A stretch of 64,000 nucleotides of DNA from Cyanidioschyzon merolae. Its lineage: Eukaryota. A model generated the notes under the pieces. It did no database searches. It was not told the origin of the DNA and worked only from the letters and a program-made list of their open reading frames with translations. The position numbers and the translations under genes are program-made. Positions 22,613 to 34,445 of the stretch are shown here, in pieces; the stretch's first letter is position 1; the number at the start of each line of letters is the position of its first letter. Location of the stretch: NCBI GenBank assembly GCA_000091205.1, contig AP006495.2. The stretch is one strand, 5' to 3'.

Positions 22613-23895
22613 CCCTGCCCAGCGTATGACGAGACGAATCATTCACGGTAGTGGTGCTGCATCCGCCGGAGATGCGTGGAATGTATGCACACCCCAATGC
22701 TAGGGTGGCTGACTATGCGCTGGTCTAGTGGGAACCCAACTTTGTCGATTGTGTGATCTCATCAGGCAAGGATCAACGTCCGGTAGCGAGATTCAGCCAA
22801 CTGTGTAGCAGACTGGCGACATTCGCACGCCGTGTGTTCGTTCCAGTGTGATGCATCCAAGGATTCCATGTCTATCCGAATTACTGGGCCGGATACGTGC
22901 AGGTCCCGGCGGAACGAAACTCGTAGTGAACTTGCCAACAGCGTCCAATATATTCTGGAACTAGCTCATGAAACGATTTTTCGAAACACCCCTTGGCGGT
23001 CGCAATCGCGCTCGTTTCATCGCCGATGTTCATAACAGCGCACGGTTGGTGCCCTGTATTTCGCTTGTCGGACATGCGATTTCGGGAAAAGATTCCGTTC
23101 GCTTTGCTGCACAATATTGCGATACCTTTGGCATTGGCGTCGAGCAAGCAGCTGTTGCGTCTCTCTCCCGAGAGCATTGTGGTACAAAAAAGTCCCAGCG
23201 GCACTTGTGAAACGTCCTATAGTAATCGAGGGAGCCTGGGCTCACTCGAAGCAGCAGCGACTGCGTTTGGGACTGCAGCGACGCGACGAGCGATCAACCA
23301 CAAACGCTGCAAAGCACATCATACGCCTTGCATTGTGTACGAGACTAGCCTCGTGCCGTAACAGACCACAAATGGGTGTATCGCTTTTTTATAACTGCAC
23401 ACTGGCATTTGTACTGAAGAACGATTTAGCGCTCATTCGTGTTTTCGCTGGAATCTTCTTCGACTTGTTGCGTATGGAACGCGTGCAATAAACTAGAATT
23501 GAAAACATACACGTACTTCAACGACCAGTCTGGCGAGAACGCTGGCGAGAGCAGCATGCCATGAACCCAGATGAACACGCTCGCAAACTGTCGCAGAATT
23601 ACCGGCGATACTGTTAGGTTTTATTGGTTCTCTCGTGCTGTCAATTCGAAGCGTCGGACCATGTGTCCACTAGTCCAGCAGCAAACATCGATAGCGTATC
23701 GCATCAGCGAGTCATCCAGATCGATACGTTAACGCATTCTGGATTGATTGCAGCAGCGCTGCGTACAACGCACTGCTAGTCTTTACGCTGTGCTGCGTAC
23801 TTCTCCGGTAGTCAGCACGATACCCTTGGGTGAAAGTTTACCTGTACTGCGGGACGTGAACGCTGTCCTAGCTTGGATTTTTCCTCTGGATTGCA

Positions 23896-25200
23896 ATGAG
23901 TGTGGCGGGAACGCCTCAGTTCAGCGAACTGAGCGAGGAGAACCAGAACAGCGGTGATGGTTTGGCAAAAAAGTCGCCGAATGGTCTAGAAATGACCAAA
24001 ACGAGCTTTGCGTCAGAGAAGGATACCGGAGCGAGTTGGATGAGCAGCACTGGCTCGCGGGCAACAACCCACCTTGAGTGTTTCGAGTTTTTCGTTGACG
24101 GAAATAGGAAACTTCGAAGCATAAGCCGCTTAGAGCTTCTCCGACGGGCGCGGGAGGCGAGCGCTGACCAACAAGTGGTCGCTGACGTCACTGGTCTATC
24201 CGGAATGTCTGAAGCAGCAGTGCTGGCTGCTGTCGGTATTGATGCTCAGCGGCCGGGCGAGGAGCCTCTCGGCAAGAAGGAGCGGAAGCGCATCCGCCGC
24301 TATTTGAAGGGGTTTCTACAACCACGCGACATCCGCCAGGTCGATCCCGCGTTTGATGCGAAACCAGCGATCTGGGTGCGGCGAAACGTCATCGTCTTTA
24401 GTTTGGAACATCTGCGGGCGTTGATATTTGCGGATGGGCTTCTCTTGTTCAATCCCTCGGAGCAGCGAGTTCAAGCAGCAGCGGAGTCACTGGAGAAGCG
24501 GCTGACTCTGAGCATCAGAAACGAGGACGCAGATCAGGAACCGTTCGAGTTCTGCGCTCTAGATGCGTTGTTGAGTCTCGTTCATGAATACATCGAGAGC
24601 GACCTGAGTGATTTCGAACCCAGCATGTACACGCTGCTGAACGAGCTCACCCATAAGCTGAGCGCGAAACGTCTCGAGCGCCTACGTGTCCTGAAACAGG
24701 ACCTCATGGCTCTTGTTACCCGAATGGATGGTGTGCGTGACGTGCTGCAGGCATTGCTTGAAGAAGACGAAGACATGTCCAGAATGTATCTGACGGATAT
24801 TGCCAGACATCCGAGCGTCACCCGATCACCACTTGATCACGAAGATGTCGAGCAACTGCTGGAATCCCATCTCTATCAGATCGAGGACGCACTGCGACGA
24901 ACGGATTTACTGGCTGCAGCGGTGGACCACACCGAGGATCTGGTGAATATCCAACTGGGGACTTTGCGAAACCGCTTACTCATGGTTGACGTGACACTAA
25001 ATATCATGGAGGCAGTGTTCACGGCAGTCGGTTTTCTGACCGGGCTCTTCACGATGAATCTACAGGCCCCATTTTTCAAGCTGGATAACGGAGGGACGCG
25101 CTGGTTTATCGTTGTGGTTGTGCTGAACTCCTCGTTTGCAATCGTAGCCGTGTTTCTGCTCATTCAATGGGCCCGCAGAGCGCGCTACCTAAATGGTTGA
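23896..25200 (+). CDS. CorA/MRS2-family paralogue with a variant signature motif (TMN instead of GMN)
   Basis: Homologous to the 19511..21235 gene (DMSRMYLTD...SPLDHEDVEQLLESH vs DMSNMYLTD...HPLDHEYVETLLESY). GLFTMNLQAPFF has TMN at 25051-25059. Two C-terminal TM helices are present. Confidence 0.6.
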   Translation: MSVAGTPQFSELSEENQNSGDGLAKKSPNGLEMTKTSFASEKDTGASWMSSTGSRATTHLECFEFFVDGNRKLRSISRLELLRRAREASADQQVVADVTGLSGMSEAAVLAAVGIDAQRPGEEPLGKKERKRIRRYLKGFLQPRDIRQVDPAFDAKPAIWVRRNVIVFSLEHLRALIFADGLLLFNPSEQRVQAAAESLEKRLTLSIRNEDADQEPFEFCALDALLSLVHEYIESDLSDFEPSMYTLLNELTHKLSAKRLERLRVLKQDLMALVTRMDGVRDVLQALLEEDEDMSRMYLTDIARHPSVTRSPLDHEDVEQLLESHLYQIEDALRRTDLLAAAVDHTEDLVNIQLGTLRNRLLMVDVTLNIMEAVFTAVGFLTGLFTMNLQAPFFKLDNGGTRWFIVVVVLNSSFAIVAVFLLIQWARRARYLNG

Positions 25201-27183
25201 AGCGGCTCGTTGGCTACCAACTGCACCTTGGATCTGTCCTTGCGTGCTCTTTCATGCGCCACCGAACGACGTGTCAACTGTTTTTCGTGGAACCAGTGCG
25301 GTTTCTGCATGGCTCGCCCATGTGTACTGCTGTGAACTCCGGAAGGCGGCGCGAACGCTCCTGCGTCGAGGCCAGGCCAGAACATAGCCATGCCAAAATA
25401 AAAATGAACGGATCCTCTAACCAGGGCGCACTTACTGAAGTTTACGTCTCTGCTGAAAATCATCAGAACCAGCATTTGCGGGCTTCTGCCGCACCTGCTT
25501 TCTTTTCCGTTCGCATATCTGGGGCTCTCAATATACCGATGTCGATGACTGCTCTCCGTATAGCTCGCTTGTTGGTAGGCAAAGAATGTGTGACGGTGGC
25601 AACGTGCAAGTCGAGATTCGGTAGCCTTCGGCTGTTGTTGACACATTACATGCGAAGACGGAAATTTTCTACAGCTACGCTTCTCGTTCCATTTTCAGCT
25701 TCTTTACATTCGGCCTCGGTGCGGCGTTCGCTGCGGTGAAACCTGACCTTGGTCAGAGGTTCCCATAAATGTCAAGGACATTCCCTCCACCGAGCGCCTC
25801 CATATCGCCTGTGAACGCGTGCTCTATCGCTCGACATATACCTCTTATGGAGACAGAAGGCTCCCGTTGGTGCCCATCTTCGTTTCTGGCTTCGGCAGCG
25901 TTTCCTTGGATCACGAGCTCGTTCCTGAGACTCCCTGGGCGAGTGCCCTTTCCGTTGCACACGAAAGCAGACGTTGTTCCCATTCATCTGCGGATTTCTA
26001 GAACGCGATATTCCCCATGATGAAGCGAGTACCGGAAAGAGAATCCAGGGTGGAATTCGATATGAGCAATTTCGCTCCGTCTACGTGCCGTTCGTGCAAA
26101 GCGCTACGTACGCATCAATGGAAGGTATCGGTGGGATTATTGGCGTGCGGGTCCAGGACCCTTTTACATGCACACATTAGAGAGAAAAGCCTCTCAGAGC
26201 AGATTGCGTAAGCGGTATCATGTTGCTGCCGAATGCAACTCCGTCGATTGCCACATGGAGGCGATGATTTTTCTTTCAGAGAGAAATGAATAGTGGACGT
26301 GACAACTTCAGTGAACTTCAAGCATGAGCTTTTCAACAAGTCGTCAAGGGACGATCTCGAGTTTCTTGCTTCTTCATCAATCCAGCGGTGCGTATTGCTG
26401 CGCCCACGGTTTGCCTTGAAACAGAAACATCGAAAGCTTGAATTATGCATGGACTAGGCTCGCCATGCCTAAGGCTCAGAGCAGAATGGATGCTGATACA
26501 TATGCATTGGATCATGATATCGGTTATTTTAGGAAATCTTGTTCGAGAATAGCAAGAATCATCATGATTCCCGTTCCCTAACGAATTCCAGCGCTAAGTA
26601 TTCGAAGGCGCCACACGGCAAACACCATCGAGAATCCTGATTTTTTTGTGGAATCATAAACCCTTATTGATACATTCCAATGCTAGATGCTGTACAATTA
26701 AAAAATTGTGAAAAACTCGAAAGACAGGAACAGAAAGAGCGGTTCAAGTTTCCATTTTTGTCTGTTGCAGTAGAGCACGGAACGCGCACCGCATGCTTCC
26801 ACGCGCAACACACGCCAGCTTCATGCAAAGAGCATTGCGCTTTATCAGCCGTTTATGATGTACGCGCTTCCAAATTACAAGGAAAATCCAGAGGTGTAGC
26901 TCAGAAGAGCGCTTGGCCGTCAGACTGGTATATTTCTGGATAGAAAGTTTCCGCAAGGCACCAAAATTTCCAGTATCCATGCGTCTATCCATGAGTATTC
27001 CTGGCACGCATACCAGCACCGTTGGTAACGGATCTCGTTTGATGGCACTCGAACAAGGCTTTCCACTGGGATCAGGTTTTCGATACCGATGACCCGCTTC
27101 TCCATGAGAGATCAGCAACACGGCGCGTCCACTAAACAGCTATCATCGGGGCGTTCGGCGCCGCTCTTCGAGACACTGGTCGG

Positions 27184-28803
27184 TTAGGTACTTCCGCCAG
27201 GAGGCTCACATTGGGCGAGCTGGGACGGCACTGCCGCATCACCTCGAGTCTGCGAGGTGACGTTCGCCCGGGAGCCGTCAGCGCTCTGCTGGAGCCGGAC
27301 AAGTGCCTCCATACCACCGGGAATATCTTCGACGTGCGTGTCAGGCCAGCTCAGGGCCTCGAGCATCCGCACCGCCCGGCGAGATTGAATACCCCTTCTG
27401 CAAACGATTCGAATCCGCTGACCCTGCAACTTCTCTCGTTGGTTCTCAATTGCTTCGGGCCATGAATGCATGGGAAAGTTCAGTGCACCGCGAATATGAC
27501 AGAGAGCGAACTGGTTAGCAGGACGAACGTCCACAACGACTGTTTCAGTCACGGACTGCTTGGACTGGGGTTCGCGTGCATCCCAACTCGGCCCCGAATG
27601 ATTGCTCGTTTCGTTTCTTTGATGCCGATGCCGGTACTCTAGTCTCGAATCAGCGGCTTCTCCAACGCTCTTTGTTCCTGTTTCGGCCGTCGCGCTGCGG
27701 CACAGCTCACATGCGCCTCGGTCGCCATGAAACGTATTGCGCTGCTGTGGAGTCGTTCGGCAAGCGTTTGACTCCAGCGTTTCGGATATGGAATGCGGCG
27801 CCGTGTTCAGCGGCGTCTCTGGCGAAACCATTTCGCTCTTCGTTCCGTGTTGCGCTAGCCATATTTCATCTCGCGTATGCGGGGAAGACTCGCTGGTGTC
27901 GTCTCCACGCAAGGCATCGATAGATGAAGAAGTTTTCGAGCGCATACCTGTATCATGCACCATTCGCGAGAGTTTCGGCGCAAATGTCGCACATACAGAA
28001 CATTTAGCAGTCTGCCTCGGACGAAGCTGCACAAGCCGAAAGCGGTAGCTCAGAGCGTCAAATAGCAGCATCCGACCAGCGAGCGGAAGACCTAGCGCGC
28101 CTATCTGTGACTGTACCAAAAGTACCCGAACGGCCTCTAGCGCTTGCAAGGTTCCGATCATCCCTGGCACCATGCCTAGCACGCCGTCTGTATCACAACT
28201 TCCCTGACACTCTGGTGGCGGGCATTCCGGAAAAATACAGCGGTAACACGGCCCATCGAGCCCGTAGTTTAATAGTGCAAGTTGTGCTTCGAGACCAACC
28301 GCTGCTGCACTGACCAAAGGTCGCTGTTCAGCAACGCAAGCATCGCTCACGGTATAACGCGTTTCGGCATTGTCTGAGCAGTCTAAGACAACGTCGTATT
28401 GTCTCACAACTTGCCTCGCGTTTTCGGTATCAATGCCGCAATCATGGAGCTGCACGTTCACGAGTGGATTCAGAGCTGCGATTGTCTTTGCCAGTGACGC
28501 TGTCTTTCGCTCCCCGACACGTTCTGTTGTATGCCCAATCTGACGGTGAAGGTTCGTGACATCCACAGTGTCTCGATCTGCAAGGCCAAGCGTGCCAATG
28601 CCGGCACCCGCGAGATAGAGCGCCGCTGGGCACCCGAGTCCTCCACAACCGACCACAAGCACCCTGGCGTCCTGCAACCGACGTTGTGCGAGCGGTCCAC
28701 CGAACTCGGGTAGGATGAGCTGCCTCGCGTACCGAGACACGGTTGCCTCGTCGGGATGAAAGACCAGAGGAGGCACCCCAAAAGATTCGATGAAGGCGTT
28801 CAT
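27184..28803 (-). CDS. MOCS3: Adenylyltransferase and sulfurtransferase MOCS3/UBA4 (MoeB/ThiF domain plus C-terminal rhodanese)
   Basis: ARQLILPEFGGPLAQRRLQDARVLVVGCGGLGCPAALYLAGAGIGTLGLADRDTVDVTNLHRQ. CxxC pairs CYRC...CSVC. C-terminal rhodanese VVVDVRPANQFALCHIRGALNFP with active-site CRRGIQS. There is an unusually long Ser/Thr-rich linker of about 150 aa between the domains. Confidence 0.8.
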   Translation of the reverse strand: MNAFIESFGVPPLVFHPDEATVSRYARQLILPEFGGPLAQRRLQDARVLVVGCGGLGCPAALYLAGAGIGTLGLADRDTVDVTNLHRQIGHTTERVGERKTASLAKTIAALNPLVNVQLHDCGIDTENARQVVRQYDVVLDCSDNAETRYTVSDACVAEQRPLVSAAAVGLEAQLALLNYGLDGPCYRCIFPECPPPECQGSCDTDGVLGMVPGMIGTLQALEAVRVLLVQSQIGALGLPLAGRMLLFDALSYRFRLVQLRPRQTAKCSVCATFAPKLSRMVHDTGMRSKTSSSIDALRGDDTSESSPHTRDEIWLAQHGTKSEMVSPETPLNTAPHSISETLESNACRTTPQQRNTFHGDRGACELCRSATAETGTKSVGEAADSRLEYRHRHQRNETSNHSGPSWDAREPQSKQSVTETVVVDVRPANQFALCHIRGALNFPMHSWPEAIENQREKLQGQRIRIVCRRGIQSRRAVRMLEALSWPDTHVEDIPGGMEALVRLQQSADGSRANVTSQTRGDAAVPSQLAQCEPPGGST

Positions 28804-31226
28804 TCCGCAAACCTCCCACCTATTCCGGACGTCTTCGTCTCAGAGCTCGTCCCTGTGCTTGAGCAATGGCAAGGTCGCGTTCCTGTAAGCGGTAGAGCGT
28901 CGGTGCGACTGGCGCCGTTTGCGCAGTTGCGGGCTCTGCAGGCGACAATGCGGTGCCTCGCACTGTATCGGTTTCTCTGGACCGCATCTATGTCTCGTGG
29001 CTCGCTAGGTTGCATGATTGACCGATACCCGAGTCTGACTTGAGCACCAACTATGTATAGAATACATAATTCAGCAACAGGATGTGCCGTACGGGCCACA
29101 TTTCATGGTACACGCGAACATTAAGTCGGCAGAGATCTGTGGATAAGCACCCGCGGCTACGCATAGAGCGATCGTCTCTTGAAGCGTGCATCGCTGGGGT
29201 CCGGAGTCAGCGCATAGCAAGTCGAGAGCGCACAGCGCAGCAGCTTCGACCGCCACGAAAGCCGGCAGGTACACGAAGCGACTCCATGGTGCACGGGCTC
29301 GATGGCAGGCTCCCAGGCTCAACCGGTTAGCTGCCCAACTCGGACCTCATGAGAGCAACGGATAGGTTGGGCGTAGGTTAGTTGTGAGCGCATGCGCAGA
29401 GTACGGTACCCGCAAGAGCAGGGGAAACCAGCACCACTTGTATCCGTTCTGCACCCGGTCGGGAGCGATGGACCGCTGCGGATAGCGCTCGCTCTGATGC
29501 CGACGCTCTGCAACGGAGCATATGCTTCGCAGCGAGCTGCGGAGTACAGACGGGTTTCGCTGCGGGTGCACTGTGGTGGCGGTTCAGTTGCGGATGCATG
29601 CATCCGGTAAGCAGGCGACATGTAGCCACTGGAGTATGCATTAATGGACTGGCTAGTCTTTAACCTGATTTTTGAGAGGACTGGTATGTTCTAGAAAGGT
29701 CTTCGAATGCTCACAGACACGCATTGATTGAATTCAGTTCATAAACCTGGTACCTCGAAAAAATTGACCCAAACAGAATACCGACATAGTGCGTGCGGGC
29801 GTGTTCCAAGAATGGTTATGGAATAGGCCGGCGCTCTTCCGTGAGATGACAATCACCACTGGGCCTAAGACAGGCTTCCGTTTCTTTCCGGTTGCAGAGG
29901 GACACGTGGCTGGATTCCCCTGGCTCCATACCGACATCCGCTCTCCGTCTGTTCTTTGGTGCACAGCGCGTGAGCCGCTACACAACGCGCGCCGTCGTTC
30001 ACTTGCGGTCGATGCATGCTTCGGCGCTGCTGCTGTGGATCCTCTGAGCTCTGGCCTGGACTCGTCATGCTGCGTAGAGCTGCCTTGAAGCATAAGCCTG
30101 ACGAATGAAGTCCATTGCGGTTGCAGACGCTTGCAGGCGCTTTTGCTGTGAAACTATCGGGTCTCGTTCACACGGAACATCGACGCAAGCTTGCCCGACT
30201 GTCACAGGCGTCCGGAATAGCGTCCATTATTCCGCACCGCACCACACCGCACCACACTGCATTGCACTTTGGAGATCCTCCTACTCACTAAAGCTGGCTG
30301 GACGCTTCTACATCCAGTCAGCGACTTGGGTGCAGATCACGCATGCTGATAGACGAGCACATCGTGCGCACGAGGTGTGGCTTCTCGGGATCCAAACCGC
30401 CAGACGATTGAAACATCTCCAAGTATCAGCGAAACACAGCACGACATCACGTTGCTTTACGTCATCATCTACGTCATAGCAATATACATGTCTGGAACAC
30501 AGGCGCTGGAAAGCGGCTGCTGATGCCGCCCGGTGCTGTGCAGAGGCGCTGCGGGCGCCTCTCAGGCACCTCAAGGTGCAGGCGGCGACACGGGACTGAC
30601 GCACAGCAACTCGCCACGCGTCAACGGTGCTCGTGCGCTCGGAGGCCGTTGCGGCTCGTATGGTATAGAGCAGCGTCTATGCCGCGGCCGGGTAGCAAGC
30701 GAACTCACGGTAGACACTTGACAGCTAAACAAGAGTCCTTGTCGCATGATTATGAGCCAGTTCAGGTTCAAGCACAGCTAGAGGAGCGATACCGGGAACT
30801 AGACGCTTACGAAGCCGCGGAGTCGACGAGCCACGGCCTGCTCGCGTCCGCGGTGGCGACGTGTACGCTTTCCGACGACAGTGACGACGTTGCCGAACAA
30901 CAGGAGTTTCGACTCACGGAGGATGAAGTTGTAGAACAAGGTTTGGAGGAGCCCTCTGTCCAGAACTTTGACTACTGGTGGTGGTTGGCGGGGCTGCTTC
31001 CCTTGTTGGCGGAGGCTGGGCACCAGCCCCAGACGCCCGGCAACGTAAACTTCCGGCACCTCGGCGAGCGAGCCTGTCATGTCCTCAGCACACTGGCCGC
31101 AGATGAAGAGATAGAGAACTGTACGCTTTCACGTATTCTCGCACAGAGAACTGCCCGCGGGGCTGAGGAATCCTCCTCGCTGGATGCGTGGCTCGGAATC
31201 TGACCAAAGCAACACACTGGGTACAC

Positions 31227-33698
31227 TCAGGGAATGTAGCGATAGACGGTGAGTTCGTCACTCTCTCGCGCAATGTACTCCCGTTCGAGAAGAGCTTCGA
31301 TCTCCCTCTTGACCTCGGCAACCGTCGGTACGAATCGGTTGTGCAACTCATCGATAACTTGGGCGACCAGCTGACTGTGCTCAAGTTCCTGTCGACGCTT
31401 GAGGATGCGCATGACGCATGCGGTGATCTCGGGACGGCGATCCCGCTCCAGCAGCTCCGATGAGCGCGCTGCTCGCTCGACGCCCGCATTCTCATCGACA
31501 TGGTCGGTGTCGGTGAGGTCTATGTCAAGCGTCGTACTTTGGAATGCTTTGTTCACTCGAAATACGTCGCGGTTGCAGATAACTGGACCGTTTGCAGCCC
31601 TTACCAAGATTGCATGTCTACTGTCGCAAAGTGCCCTCAAAGCTCGCATTAACTCTGGGGATAGGCCCGGGAACTGCAGCAGTCGGAGCATCTCTTGTAC
31701 AGTCAATGCCTCTGCATTGTTAAATAGGAGTAGAATGAGCATCTGCAACGAGGTCACTTTCAGTGAGAGCGCTGGACCCTCGTCGCTGAGCCGCATGCAG
31801 AGCTCGGCGCTCCCCTGATGGAGGAGCCACTGGAGCCGACGTTTCGCATGCCGCTCATGGTAGAATTTCTCGTATTCTTGCGTAATCTCGACCAACTCGG
31901 GATGACAAGCGGGTATCTGGGCAGTGGGTGCCTCAGCCACGGGCCAAATACCGTTCGTAATGACGCATACTTGGAGCATGGGTCGCGCGCGCGAACCATA
32001 GAGCTGGATCATCTCCTGGTGTCGGCGATATGCGGCATTCAGTTCGTCACTGGTGCGCATGTCTTGCAGGATCGCCTCGAGTTTTGCAGTGTACACGGCG
32101 CCGCACTCTTCCCGCAATTTGCTGATAAAATGCTGCTCTGCGTCATCGTTCGCCGACGGGGGCACCACGGTGTTGCTCGCGAATCGTCGCAAAAGACGCC
32201 GCGAGAGATGCACCTTGTAATGCTGCTCAAAAACGTCCTTATTCCGCAACAAACGAAACAGGCCTGAGGCATGCTCGAGTGCAGCGCGTGTTGCCTCCCG
32301 AGAAATCGACGGAGACTCCCGCAGCGCCTTATCGATATAGAGGGATAGAAACTCCTGGGCACAGGGACATTCGTTCAGAGCCTCTTCGAAACCCTCCTGA
32401 ACGGCGCGAACAAACTTTGGATCCATCTGGAGCGCGGCGAGCAGATTGTAGAACTCGTCCTTGAGATGCATTGCTCGCGCAACCCATTCAAGCGGCTGCT
32501 CCAATGCGCTCGCACCTCTGACCAAGTCAGCGCGTACTTTTTCACGAACGTAGGGTGCGAGTCGGCCACGCATCGCATCCACACCTTCGGGAATACGCAT
32601 CAAGAGATCGTACATCATTTGCAGGTCTTCTAAGCGCTGAGATTGCAGGAGTTGAAGAAACCCCGTATCCGTCGTGTCGAGAATTTCATTCAGGTGCTCG
32701 CTGAGCAAGATTTCACCCAAAAGCGTCTGTAATGCAGTTCGAGTCGTGCGTACTGCTAGACATTCGTTCGCTAATTTTTCCTCGAAGAGGAACCACTCTC
32801 GAACATGTTGTAAATACGACCGGCCAGAACAGGTCTGGAGCACGCGGGCCGCTGCGAGGGTGTAGAACTCACGCGAGACTCGCAAGAAGCGTCCTTCGAA
32901 AGCTTCAGCATACATGTCAAGCTCTATATACATATCAAGTGTATCACGGAGCAGTGTCAGAGGCGGTTGCTCCCCGAGGCGGCTGCGCGTGACCACGTCC
33001 AGCATCGCGTCGACGAGCTGGGTCGCAAACGTTTGGTCGCGGAGAACGTCGTCCCTAAACGCGCTCATTCCGAGTTCGTACACAGGTGTCCTGCCAGTAG
33101 AGCGGATGAAACTACGATCAGCGTACATGAAAACGTCCCGAACGGTGCGCACCGCGTTCTTATACAGTTGCCAGCGCGTTCGCAGCGACTCGAGCAGCAC
33201 TTCGCTTCTGTGGGCTCGCGACTGCACCGTGCTGCGTACCAGCTGCGCCTGATAGTGAAACCCTCGCTCAAGTCCTTCATACAGCAGCTCTCCATAGCGG
33301 TGTAGCACGAGGTTGTACGCGGTTCGGTAGAGCTCCTCGAAAGAGAGGTCCTGGTGGTCACGAGCGAAGATGCGCACGAGAGCTTTCTCCAGTTTCTCCC
33401 AGCTTTTTTGAGCCTGCTCCAAAGTAACCTCCGACATGGACACGTACTTGAACGGTTGAATAGTCAGGCGAGTCTTCCGGGAAGTCATTTGAGCTGGAAA
33501 CGCTTTCCAATGTCCAAAAGACGCAGCCCAAGTCCCTTTATCGAGCAGTCGTGTTCCTGGAGCAGGTCTGCGATGCAGGCGAGTCGAGTCGACACCAGCG
33601 CACGACGCCCTAGCATCGACCACGTCAACGACAACGGTAGCGCTGCAGAAGCGCTGCGCTTGGAAAGCGGAGGCGTCCAGGTGCCGGCACTTGCACAC
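31227..33698 (-). CDS. CUL3: Cullin-3
   Basis: N-terminal [26 protein letters not shown] matches CUL3 [26 protein letters not shown]. The cullin-homology and neddylation/winged-helix C-terminus [21 protein letters not shown]...REYIARES resembles IVRIMKMRK...DRDYMERD. 823 aa in a single ORF. Confidence 0.8.
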   Translation of the reverse strand: [823 protein letters not shown]

Positions 33699-33791
33699 GT
33701 ATTGGGCGCTCGTCCAGGCGCTAGGTCAGTGACTTGTGTCGAGCAAGTACGACACGAACGCTCGGAAGTTTGAGGGAACCTGCCCTGCCTC

Positions 33792-34445
33792 GTGCTAAGT
33801 ATGATCGGTTCAGTTACCTCGGAGCAGTCGTTGAGCACGGGTTGGGTGCTCTGGCTACTCAGCTGGGCATCCGTCTTGGCAGGTCGCCTGCTGGGAGCCC
33901 TGATACAGAACCCAGTTGCAGGTGTCGGGCACGGTTTTGAGCGGAATCCGGAGGTAGCTGCCCTCACAGCCGAGATCGGACGCCTCGAACGAGAAGCCAA
34001 AGCGCTCTGTCGACCGGACTCTTTCGTGGCATATGCGAAGCTCGAGCGCGAGCTCGATGATAAAAAGCAACGTCTCCAAGAACTTCAGCTACGGGAGCAG
34101 CAACGATTGCTCGCTGAAAGAGCGGTCGGGCTCCGGCACTGGAGACGTCGGCTCAGTGGCTGGGTGGCCCTGCTGTCGACACTGTCCTGGCTTGTTGTTC
34201 CGAGCGCGCTCTGGTTCATTTACCGCAATCACATCGTACTATACTTCCCTTGCTCAAGTCGGCTCTGGCGTCTGTTTCGCATCTTGCATATCGACTCTCC
34301 GACGGACCAAAATGGGAAGGCACCGAGTCTGTGTGCACTTCGCGGCGGGCCGTGGCTCTGGTTGTCGACCTTGGCAGCGCGCTACTTTCTGGGTCGCGGT
34401 GCACGCAACCTTGTGCAGACTCGAGGTATTGCGAGCAGATCGTGA
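33792..34445 (+). CDS. GET1/WRB-like tail-anchored protein insertion receptor (three TM helices with cytosolic coiled coil)
   Basis: TM1 WVLWLLSWASVLAGRLLGALI. Coiled coil with PDSFVAYAKLERELDDK matches WRB MDEFARYARLERKINK. TM2 and TM3 follow (WVALLSTLSWLVVPSALWFIY, LWLWLSTLAARYFL). Confidence 0.5.
   Translation: MLSMIGSVTSEQSLSTGWVLWLLSWASVLAGRLLGALIQNPVAGVGHGFERNPEVAALTAEIGRLEREAKALCRPDSFVAYAKLERELDDKKQRLQELQLREQQRLLAERAVGLRHWRRRLSGWVALLSTLSWLVVPSALWFIYRNHIVLYFPCSSRLWRLFRILHIDSPTDQNGKAPSLCALRGGPWLWLSTLAARYFLGRGARNLVQTRGIASRS

Noticed and set aside
21749-22697. Ten near-identical 68-aa ORFs (MRISFIRNGVSRVHAEERSIDEHA...) at 80-bp spacing on the minus strand, superficially like a repeated gene or CRISPR-like array
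   Set aside because: They are an artefact of translating the 80-bp minisatellite. There are no unique spacers, no flanking cas-like genes, and the window is eukaryotic in character, so it is not a CRISPR array and not a gene family.
29000-31200. ORFs 30523..31203(+) and 29734..30093(-) as possible genes
   Set aside because: No motifs recognised. Arg/Cys-rich N-terminal composition is typical of spurious GC-rich ORFs. A real small acidic protein cannot be excluded for the C-terminal half of 30523..31203, but the evidence is insufficient.
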